Both the position numbers and the translations under genes were made by a program. Source: Lingula anatina (Eukaryota; Animalia; Brachiopoda). Taken from it: 64,000 bases of DNA. Below are positions 13,920 to 25,900 of the stretch, piece by piece (position 1 is the first letter of the stretch; each line of letters begins with the position of its first letter). The stretch lies in assembly GCA_051362555.1 (NCBI GenBank), contig CM120642.1:26474001-26538000 (forward strand). Direction: 5' to 3'. The notes beneath the pieces are model-generated. The model was not told the origin of the DNA, did not search any database, and saw nothing but the letters and a program-made list of their open reading frames with translations.

Positions 13920-16900
13920 TTACTGCTTTAGCCTAGCGTCTCCAAATATAAACTGCAGTACCCTGTCTACCACGAAGGAACACAAAACGTCTGCTGCTAT
14001 CACTTTTAGCACCGTCTGCCTCAGCTGAAATGTAAAAAAGGATTATTACCAAAACTAAAAAAACAAGAATATTTTGTAATCTTTAAATTAAACAAATGGT
14101 GACAAAAATGAAACTGTACTTGTTATGGGAAGGTATTTATAGTGGGGGATGCCAATACTTAAAACCTGGTGGATTTAATAAGGTCCCAATACTTACTACA
14201 TCTTCAACCTAAAAATTAACTACGAAAATGAAATACATACATTGTCACCTAAAAATCAACAGGCCTAGCAGTTCTATTACTAAAAAGTTTTAAGCAAACT
14301 CTGGTAAAAGTCCCACTGTCATCCCCCCCCTTGCCCACTTCCCATACCTACATACAAACAAGATTTCTCGCATAAACTAACCTCATCAGGCAATTCTACT
14401 ATTTCAAAGTACTGAGCAAACTCTGGTACAATTCCTGCTGCCAGGGCCACTATCACGCCACCAGATATACACAGACTGTACAACAGGGGTTTGTTTTCTC
14501 TTAGACTTTCCATGAATGGATGACCCTGCAAAGTACACAGAATATTTACGTGTGCTTGCACTAGTGGGCCTGATTTGATCTTAAAGTGCAATTTCAGTCT
14601 AACACTAGACTGAACCGGTCTTAAAAATTAAGGAGGGACTCTTAATTTAGTCTTAAGACTAAAAACAAACTTAACCTGCAGTGAGTAAGACTATTATTGG
14701 TCTAAATTCAACTGAAGTGGCAAAGCAATTATCTCCCCACACACATTCAGACCAAACTTGGACTTACTCTCCAGCCAGACGGGTGAAGATAACAATCAAG
14801 TAGAAGGCCATTGTGTGAGTAGCAAAGGGTGGTCTCTTGGCAAGTAAGTGCTAATTGCCTAATTGATAAGTGTGATTCAGATACTGTCTCAGATAATTTC
14901 TAAAGCAAGGAAAGATTTGGTTGTGGAAGTACTAGTGCAGCATACTTTAATGTTGTTTTGAAGGAAGTCTTCCTTTCTTTCTTTCTTTTCTCTTTCTTTG
15001 ATTTTGATTTATATCTAAAGGGTGAATCAGATGCTATCTCAGATAATTTCTAAAGCAGGGGAAATGTAGCATACATTTTCACAATTTTTCTTTACTATAA
15101 GGTTTTGACATTTAGTATTTACACAAGAACTCCAACTGTACATAGCTTCAGCAGAGGAGGAGTAATTCACTTTGGAAGGCTGTCAGACTTATACAGGCAT
15201 TGTGAAACAGTGTGGGTCTTGTTAGATATTTTTTTCCCACCTCAGAAAGAACTGGATTTCTTTTTTTCAAAAAATAAATTCCAGGGAAACAAAATGGTAC
15301 CACTCAGTGATATTAGCAAACCCCTTGTAACAGCTATAGATGGTGATTTTATTTGGTTTATCAATGTTTGATAAAATGTTTTTTGATCAGAAAAATCAAA
15401 GAAAGAAAAAAGAGAGAAAAACTTCCTTCAAAGGCAAAAATCAAGAAATACATGTATATTGTTTTGAATATCAAATTCAAACATAAAATTCCTGTGGTAT
15501 AATGTGGTTTTAAATAAAATTAAAACTGTACATTTTTATGTTAGATTGAAGTGACTTTTCAATTGTTTGTGACAAATAAAAGGTCATGTCTAATTTTAAA
15601 ATAAATGCACCTTGTTTGTTAATGCTTTCAAAACTATATTCCTAAGCTCTTATGTCAAAACATTAAAAGTATGCTGCACTAGTACTTCCACAACCAAATC
15701 TTTCCTTGCTTTAGAAATTATCTGAGACAGTATATGAATCACACTTATCAATTAGGCAATTAACACTTACTTGCCAAGAGACCACCCTTTGCTACTCACA
15801 CAATGGCCCTCTACTTGATTGCTATCTTCACCTGTCTGGCTGGATAGTAAGTCCAAGTCTGGTTTGAATGTGTGTGGGGAGATAATTGCTTTGCCATTTC
15901 AGTTGAATTTAGACCAATTATAGTCTTACTCACTGCAGTTTAAGTTTGTTTTTAGTCTTAAGACTAAATTAAGAGTCCCTCCTTAATTTTTAAGACCGGT
16001 TCAGTCTAGTGTTAGACTGAAATTGCACTTTAAGATCAAATCAGGCCCACTAGTGTTGGATCTAAAATTACTGTGTGCTACAGTTACTGTAATAATAATA
16101 ATAATAATAATGATAATAATAATAATAATAATAAAGCTGAACTTCACTGTGCAATCTTTCTTTACGATGGTTAAAATGTTTATTTTCATAATAATTATTA
16201 TATTGAGTCAATCATCAAGTGACGATATATATTTTTGCCAATATCTAGTACTTTAGATTTATATGGAAATACAATCATGACGATGTATATATTTGGGGAC
16301 TAGCATTCAGGAAGATATAAATAAAGATAAACGGTGTATGTCAGCTGAATATGTGTGTTCTTCCCAAACTTTTTCAAAGCATCACTACAATACCTGCACC
16401 TACCTTATAATTAATGGCGAAGGTTGAGACTTGAAGGGCCATAGAGATAATGTACATTGTACTATTTAGTATTGTGGGCTCAAATTTCTTTTCTAGATCT
16501 ACAAATTCTTCAGTTCTGAAAAATAAAATATTTGCTGTTTACTGCTGTTCATAATTTGACTCAATTTTTGTACTTAACCTAGTTTTTAATATTTCCCAAA
16601 GAGAGAAAGGCTACCGTAGGTATATTCTTCAAAGAGTTCAATTCAGGATTTTCGTACATTAGCTACATCATATTCTTCCTTGGGTTTTTCATTTTATTTT
16701 ACAAGTAGCCATGTATGGACTTTCAACTTCAGTTTTTTGTGAACCAGACGCCCCAGAGTATTTACCTTGGTACCAAGTTTTTAATATTTCCCAAAGAGAG
16801 AAAGGCTACCTTAGGTATATTCTTCAAAGAGTTCAATTCAGGATTTTCGTACATCAGCTACATCATATTCTTTTTTGGGTTTTTCATTTTACTTCATAAG

Positions 16901-19900
16901 TAGCCATGTATGGACTTTCAACTTCAATTTTTTGTGAACCAGACATCCCAGAGTATTTACCTTGGAGGGCTAACTTTGAAAGCTTCATCATAGAGAACAT
17001 ATAAACTTGTAAAATGCACTGCAAACTGTAGCAGCACTGTCAGTATAGTGTACAAGTTGAATATATTAGGTAATGGCCGACTTTTGGATAATGTCTTCAA
17101 GGGCTGTAATAAAAAGGTTCAAAAGCTGATAAATCTGACCTACTTGTTAGAAAATATATAGATTTTAAACAAAGCATGCAGCGCAATTCTTTAGAAAAGT
17201 CAGGCAGGAAAATTCTTAAAGATGAAACTTAATTTAAAACTTATTGGACTGTCAATTAAGACCAATTATAAAGGAAAATTTATTTAAACTTTTTCAAAAA
17301 TATAACTGCCCAATAATTACAATGGATCAATAAAAACAAGAAACAATTTCATGTGAAGACAAAACAAAAAGAAAATCAGCACCAATTTTTGGTGTTTTGC
17401 TTTACTGGCACCTTTGACACATATGCAAAGAAACCTCAAAATTGACTAAGATTAAAATATGAACTCTAACCTTTGACCTAGATATAAATAAGAAGCACCC
17501 AGCGAGCAACAGCCCCTGCATGGTGGCCTGGGAGTCACTGAACTTTATTCCCTCCAGATACAGAACACTCTGACTATAGGCCAGCACCAAGGCATTCAAG
17601 GCAAGGATCTTGAACATCTGCAGTGTGGTCACCAGGGTGCAACGACCTTGCTTGATTATATGGCAGACTGAAACACAGAGAAAATGATACCTGATTATAT
17701 GGCAGATTGAAACACAGAGAAAACAATGCTACATAATATGGCAGACTGAAACACAGAGAAAACAATGCTACATAATATGGCAGACTGAAACACAGAGAAA
17801 ACAATGCTACATAATATGGCAGACAGAAACACAGACAAAAACAATGCTACATAATATGGCAGACTGAAACACAGAGAAAACAATGCTACATAATATGGCA
17901 GACTGAAACACAGAAAAAACAATGCTACATAATATGGCAGACAGAAACACAGAGAAGACAATGCTTGAATGTTTGGTAGAATGAAGCACTGAATAAAGAA
18001 TGATCAATGTTTTATCTTGAGTACTGAAATACAAAGAAATAGATTGTGAACATCTGCCATTCGATTTTCTGGCTGATACATTTTACATGATTTTACTGAA
18101 CCCATTCTTGAAGGGATTTTCTTCTAGCTAAATAGCTAAACCCCATAAGAATAGGTAAGGCATTTTTCTACCACTAACCCTGCTCCTGCAAGCTCAACTA
18201 TTTGACAGGTGAAAAGTAGGTCTACTGCACTGAAATGGTAAGAACTCAATTCAAACTATTCTTCAACAGTAAACATCCCTTTATACAGAGAATGTGTCTT
18301 AAAATATACAATGCTTTTATAAGGGCCTGCATGTCCTGTCGTTAAATATGTAATAATGGATAACAATATTATGGTATTGCATGTTTACTTACCACACATA
18401 GTGGTTGCCAGCTTTGAAGTGAATGGTGAAGCTATACTGGCATCGCCCAGCCTTACAACCTGGGCTTTTTCCTCTTCCTCCATTTCTCTCATCAACTGCT
18501 GTATCTTTTTCTGTAAGCGTAACATTCCAAATAATCTTCATCAGCAAAGACTCGGAATTTTTAATTTGCTTTGTTAATCAAAAGACAGCAATGGCAACAA
18601 AATTCTTATATCAAGTTTGATCATATTTTTACAAAAAGCTACTATAAAAAACAACACTCAATAGCTTTAGGATATTTATTTATGACACAGAGATATCTTT
18701 GCAAAGCCACAGTGGAACATATATGCCCAAATATGCATGCATATATGACATATACCTGTGCTGGGGCCAGATTGTCCCCTCTGGCAATGGCTCTGTTCTT
18801 GGCGGCTCTACCCATTGGTTTTCCTTTCAGGGCAGCAGGGGGCGACACCTTATCATTGGCATCTCCATCTGCCTGTCTGGCAGACTATGAAACAAAAAGA
18901 TAAATTCCAGTGCCCATATTTAAGCAGACTACTTAAATTTCATCCAAGTTAAAAGCTCCAAAATCATTAATATTAAAATTTATGCTTCTTTTTAACATCT
19001 GTTATGAAATGAGTGAAATAATTTACCTAACACAGCTACACACTATAGCAAGGGTTCCCTTTATGTACATAATGATGTATTCTTTGGGATTTAACTGATA
19101 CCACAAACAGAGTTTTGTCCATTTATCATGTAAAAACAAAAAAAAATTGAATTAACCAACCTCTTCCTTCTTCTTTTTCTTCTCTGGAAGTCTTTCAGGT
19201 GCATTTGACAACAATGCCACTCCTGTAAATTGTACATTTCAGACTAATGAAAAATTTCAAAACATAATGTTTGAAAACATCCTTGTTATATCATAATTAT
19301 AAAAAGAAGTAAGATCAGTATGTTTGTGTATAACATTGTCTTTCTGCTTTTTCATAATGTATACAAAGTTATCTTTCCTCTGACAAAGGATTCCTTTTCT
19401 TTATGCAATGCTAACCTAAAGATGACATTTACAAATATCAGTCTTTGAATCTATTACCCCCCTTACAAGTGCTACACAGGAGTAAGTCTCATTTCAAAAC
19501 TTTGTTTCTATATCATACACCAACTGAAAGCCCAATAACATTCAGAAACCAAAGGGATCATATTGAGGCTTTTGCTGGTGTAAAGAAACACTTTCAATGG
19601 TGTTCTTTTGTAAAGCTGTCCCCAGTTGGTTCAGAATTTACTCACCCACGTGGGCATGTTTCAGAGCCCCCACGTCATTGGTTCCATCCCCACACATCAG
19701 TGTTACGTACCCAAGGTCCTTCAAACTGGTGACTACAAATTCCTGGAGAACACCATTTAAAATGTGCATGAATATGTCTTCAGCCATTCTATAATTTATT
19801 GTACATAATAAACACCTAGGAAAAATCTTGTTTTTAAGATAACTGATACATGGAAAACCAAACCTCATAATTAAGTTCATCAAACTTAATTGTAATTCAC

Positions 19901-22900
19901 CATGCACTATACCATAAAAAATATCAAAGATGTCACAATTACTTTCAAAAAAGGGTAAGATTAATAGAAATCACACATTACAAAGATTACTTCTGATAAA
20001 GAATATCTAATTAAACCATGTATTACGAACTAAATTCAGCTTTTATATTAGATTAATATGATGGGGTACTGTAATTAGAAAAAGCACTATTCATGCATTG
20101 CTTTTTCAGGGCAACTGATGATATTTGCTCTATGGTTAGATTTGAAACATAGAAATACAAAATTGAAAGAATCAAATTGAAAACAGTTTGACTGAATCTC
20201 CATACCTTTTGTTTAGGTGCCACTCTAGCAAAAACCTTGACTTTGGGCAAAATCTTCTTCAAGAAGTTAAGATCCATGGTTTGTAAATAATTTAGTGCCT
20301 AAGTAAAGAGCAAACAAATTATATAGCAGAAAAAGGCAAAACAAAACTGGCACTCTATCAACAAATACATACTTTGTTACATGCTTAAATGCCGTACCCT
20401 ACATAGAAGTAGTTGATTTACTTTAAATTACAACAATTTTTAAGGTATTTTTAAACCTTTAATTCAGTACAAATGATATCAATGCATTCAGAACACAATA
20501 AGTATATCATTCACCAGTATTTTTAAATTTTTAATAGATATACAGTTGTGCACCCATGATATGACAACAGTTATCATAACTGACCTCTCCTGTCAGGCAC
20601 ATGTCATATTTCTCAGTGAAGGTTTTAAAGGAGCTGTTCTGCACTATAGGTAACAGTATGGTGTCATCAATAGACTGCCAGTGCCAAGATGAATCTGAAA
20701 TGGGCACAAAAAATGTGAATTTCTAATCTACAGTGACAAAGGAAATTTTTATGTTTAATAGGTCAAACTAGGAGTTTTCTTTGCTGGAAGAGAGCTGTAT
20801 TGAAACTTTCACAATAATTTCTCCCAGAATGTGATAAAATCTACTGTTGCTTTCAAGTGGGCCTAAATGTTTGTGGATCCAAAAACCTTACTGAATATAT
20901 AAAAAATTTGTTCTGGGTCTTACAAAATATAATGCTTTTGTTTATCTCTAGTTTTGGCTGGATTTAACAATTCTGTTACACTCTGTGCCTCACTGATGAC
21001 AATTTTGTTAGGTTCTAGGCACTGTTGAATATAATAATATTGTCTCACCTGAATCCTTTGCTAAATGGGTTTAGCTATACAGAATAAAATTTTCTGCATT
21101 TACTTGAAGACTGCCTACCTTTATCATTTGGTGCAGTTGAAATCACAGTGGCATTTTTCCTCGTGAAGCGCAGTTCTTTAGCCACGTGGCAGGCTGTGAG
21201 CGGGTTGTCACCTGTGATCATTGTCACCTAGAAAGAAAATACTTGGAACATCAGGCTGAATCAAACAATAGTCATAAAAAACTTTGTTACCTGATATTTT
21301 GCACTGTTCCTTATCAAGAAATGAAATCAATATATTACAGAAGTGAAAACTTCAAATAAAATATGCCTGAACTTCTCTAATTTTAAGAATTTCAAATCCT
21401 AACTATGTATCGGCTAGAAAAAGGACATGGCATTTTTAGCTTTTTTTTTAACCAAAACACAATCTTGCAATTTCATGTTTTGAACTCTCTGACCTAAGAC
21501 TTGACACAGTTTTACTGTTATGTTCTTAATATTAATATACTGTCATATCTCTCCAACTTCTTTAACTCTAAGCTGCATCAGTCAGCTCGTTTATATAGTG
21601 CGCATGTTACAGTAATGGACTTATGTGATGCATTTAAAGATTTTACTGGACATTAAAAAGTAACAATGAGAAGCCAGTCTAGATCGACATCTAAGTAACT
21701 ATACTTACATGATGAGAAGACTGCTGGATCTCTTTGACCACTGACTTAGAGTCGGTCTTAAATGGACACGAGATGATGACAAAGCCAGCAAAGTTCAGGT
21801 CACAGTCTACACTCTCCCTGCTCATGTCACGCACCTGGAATGGAATATGTTAATTTACAAATAAATAAATTAATTTGAAAAAAAAAAAAAAAAAAATATG
21901 TTCCATATGAAAAAGTTATTTACACTTTTTTCCAATGAATTTTTAGGCCTTTTGTTTTAAATCAATTGTTGTTCCAGCAGGACTTATTAAATTGTTTCGA
22001 ATGAATCTGATGATAAAATTACTAATGTATTACTTGCATAGAGGAGGTTTTCATTATCTTAATTTGTTTTTTGTCAACACGGGGCTTTTTATGTGCATAA
22101 AGATGCTGTTTTCTTTTACTACTAATGTATTCAGCAAACTTCTGCCATCTTCTTAGCAAAATTAAGCTGCAATAAAATAATACAGAACTTAGAATTCTTT
22201 GTTTTTCAAAAGAAAACATATCAGCATTTAAAATATTGAAAGAGGATCGTATCAGCACCTGTTGGTGAGAAAGATGTCCCAGTTTTTTCCAGCCCAGTGC
22301 CAGTACTCTGGCTCCCCTCCTGGCCATGGCAAGGTACACCTCATTGTAATCATCAGGAACAGTAGAAAACTAAAAAATATACAGAAAAAAATTATTAATA
22401 CCTCATTTAGGTATATAAGCCAGATATATCTATAAAATTTGGTAGGGTTTAGATATGAAAACTATATCCATGCCACTGTGTTACATCTTATAGGGAATAT
22501 GTTCAACTTATGTTAAGGCGTGACATGGAGAGCATCGTTATAATATAAACTGCCTTCTATTTTGTTGTCAGACCTACAGTGGACAGTTATCACTTTACCC
22601 AAAGCTATACAATATGCAGGTCTTTATGTCGCTAGGCTTTCAGTCAGATATGATGATCCAGTTTTGTGATGTTGCTGAGGTTGCTAGCACTTCAGGAGAA
22701 AACCCCCCAAAAAAAACTGTGATTTACTTTTTCATATTAGCTGTAAAAATACAATAAAATAAACTTTGCCATTCAGTAACGCTCACCATGGATCTCAGAG
22801 TCTCAGGTGCTCCCTTCACAGTGGCAATGTAGTCAGTCTCTGTAGACCCAGATGGTGTGTGACCAGCTATCACAGACATTCTCTTCAAGGCACTGGAGAA

Positions 22901-25900
22901 GTGGTAGCGATGGAAAATCTTCAGGCCATGGGTTTTCATCTTTTGTGGTACCACTGCTTCCCCTGCAAAATAGATAAAATATCACTTAGTCCACCGCTTG
23001 GTTCGCAGAAACAATTACTAAGAGCCAAAACACAATTGTGGTTGATAACAGCATTTAGCTTTTTAGAAATGCTGAAGCAAGCTTGTTCTGCAGTTTTTGA
23101 AATCTGCAATGTTGACCAACTGCAATAAGCAAAAAAAAAAAAAAAAAAAAAAAATTCTTGCATTCTTTACTTTTTACATTCTACCCATATCAAGTCAACC
23201 ATATGTAGTTAGCTTGTATTTTGGAGGACTTGGAATGCCCAACTTTAGTGTTAGAAACTAGATATATCAACATAAAAAAGTGGTAAAAACAATATTCAAA
23301 CTGTCAAATCCATGAAAAACCCTTGTACCTTTAGTAAGATGCCAGTCCACTGCCTTGAGTGTGGCCTTCTCCATGGGATCCCCAACTAAATCATCATCCA
23401 ACTGCACAAGGGCATGACATGTGGCCATTACCCATATTGTTTCTATGGGAGCCTCAGTGGCTGGGATCAGCTCCTCTTGGGTTCTAATAAAATAATGTTG
23501 ACTATGATTCATATCATATTGATATAACATTAGTACCTAATCTACAAGATGCTTTTTGAAATGAAATATGCTTGGAATATTATAAATTTATATGAAAATA
23601 TGGAGACAGCAAGATGCTGTATGGTGAACACCCTCTAAACGAGATGTTTTACAGGCATATCTGCAAATGGGGTAAGACCTTTTGACTTCAAAAAGCAAAG
23701 AATATGTTATTAAATTATTTTGCCAGACAATACAATACAAAATTGTCAATTCAGACCTTTTGCACCATCACATCAAATCTTACAGTACTATGGTAAAAAA
23801 TTAAAAACTGTGGAGGATACCAAATGACTTCAGTAATGTTTTTGATTTCACTGATATCATGTTTGCCTAATAACACTTAAATAAGAAAGTGTTCTCCATA
23901 AAAGAAAACAAATTATGATGCACAAAAAAATAAAAAAATTAAAACAAACAAAAATATGAAGAATGAAACAATTCATCAATAGCCCAAGGTGTGTGTGTGC
24001 CACCACTCACTGTAGTCCAGCCACTCCCTCCACCACCAGGTCATCACTGGTCAAGGTCCCCGTCTTGTCAAAGCAACAAATGTCCACCTTACCAGCAAAT
24101 GGGATTCTGAACGGCTCTGTACAGAAAACATCTGAAAAGAAGCAAAAAGTGACATGATGCAATGTAATTTGGCTCTCAATAATCTGTATAAATGAATCAT
24201 TCATTACTGCCCACTTCAATGTATTAATACACTAATTCATTAGTGGAATTTCTAAATCTCAACCAACCAATATTTTTGTTGCCTGTTTTCTTGGTATGAG
24301 AGGGACTATGAATATTTGTGGTAATCTAGAGGAGACATAAAATACACTATTTGTCTAGAAACAAAGCTTTTTTAATTAAAGATTATGAAATGCTTCCTAT
24401 TTAAAAATAACTGCCACCATACTTACATAGTTTAGTCAATGCCAGCAGAGAGCTGTTCACAGCCAGGGACAACTCTATGGGTAACTCTGGAGGCACCACT
24501 GATGTCAGAATCAATGTACATTCTAAAAACAGCTTGTATTTGTTTCTTGCTGGGTTCTCTGATCCTGAAAAAAAAAAGAAATTGAAAATGGCTTATTTGT
24601 CCTTATTGTTCAGTGATGCTCACAACTAATAATAAAAAATACTTCACACATTTGAATAATTCATTACTGATTATTTTCCTAAAAGAGAAAGGGCTTTAAA
24701 AAAAAACACTGATGGCTACATATCTGATCCTAGGTAGCACAATTCATCTAGATATTATTGGAGATGTGGAAAGAGAATGCCATACAAGGAGGAAAAGCTG
24801 ATGAATTACACAAAATCCACCAACATACTCAATTTGCCTTTTGCATGTAAAAAGGTAAGTTATCCAAAAGGTGGAAATTTTTATCCCTCGTGCTTTGTGT
24901 GAGCATAAGTTTTAAAGTATTGGAATAAGAACTTTAACAATCAAAATATTGGTCATAAGTCTATTTTTCATATAAATTAACATAGAAATTTAAAATAAAG
25001 GTGGCATCAATCTTAAATGACTTACCCTTTACCCATACATAACTTGAGGCAGCAATGGCAAATATCAGGAGGAACAAAATGAAGAGGAATGTTTCTAGGT
25101 TGTTGGCAGTGACCCTCTTTACTCCATAAAGAATAGTCTTCAGTAGCTTGCCCTGGGAGGTGTTGAACCCAGACTTCAGAACATAGGCTATGCAGCCATT
25201 GTCTCCAGCTGCCAAAACAGAAAATGTATGATTTCATCTGTAACTTTCATGTTCTGCCTACTGGACTTAAATGTTTGGTCAAAAAGTTAAGACCAATTTT
25301 TAATTTTTAGATTTTTTGTAAGTGTGCGTGTGAACCAGACCGCTTTCCGAAAACATAAACTGTGGGCATGTAACAGAACAAATTTACAAAGTTAAACTGG
25401 CCATGCTTTAATTTTACTAGCATATGCTAACGTTGCAAAATATGTCATGAATCTTTAAATTGCTACAAAAATAAAAATAATACATATGACACAAATTGGT
25501 AGCACACGACTTTCAATTATAAACCTATAAATGACTTCAACATAAAAAAATTAGAAACAAAAACAAAAGCTGTGCAGATATGCCTGAATATGTTAGTGTC
25601 CAGGAAAAAAAAATAAAAACAGATAAAACCAGATATATAAGACAAAACAAAATTTCAGTTCACAATCATGCCAAGCCTTAAAAAAAGATGACTGCTACAC
25701 CAGCATAAATGCCATCCATTCTTTTTGTCAATGAAGCATTTCACAACTCTATTCATATATGTTGCTATAAATAACAGATACCACCATCATACAGTAACTT
25801 CATCATATAAACACACTACAATAAAAAGGGCCAACTAGCTGATGTAAAGCAAGTGCTGACTACAGTTATTATAAGGCCACACTTTTTTAATTTTATGGAT

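Noticed and set aside
14319-14591. Shared N-terminus [11 protein letters not shown] in ORFs 14319-14591 and 16023-16256
   Set aside because: Comes from the two inverted ends of the CACTA element, not from paralogous genes.
17574-18034. Repetitive hydrophobic ORFs ([10 protein letters not shown]..., SAILCSIVF...)
   Set aside because: Translations of the intronic 39-bp minisatellite.
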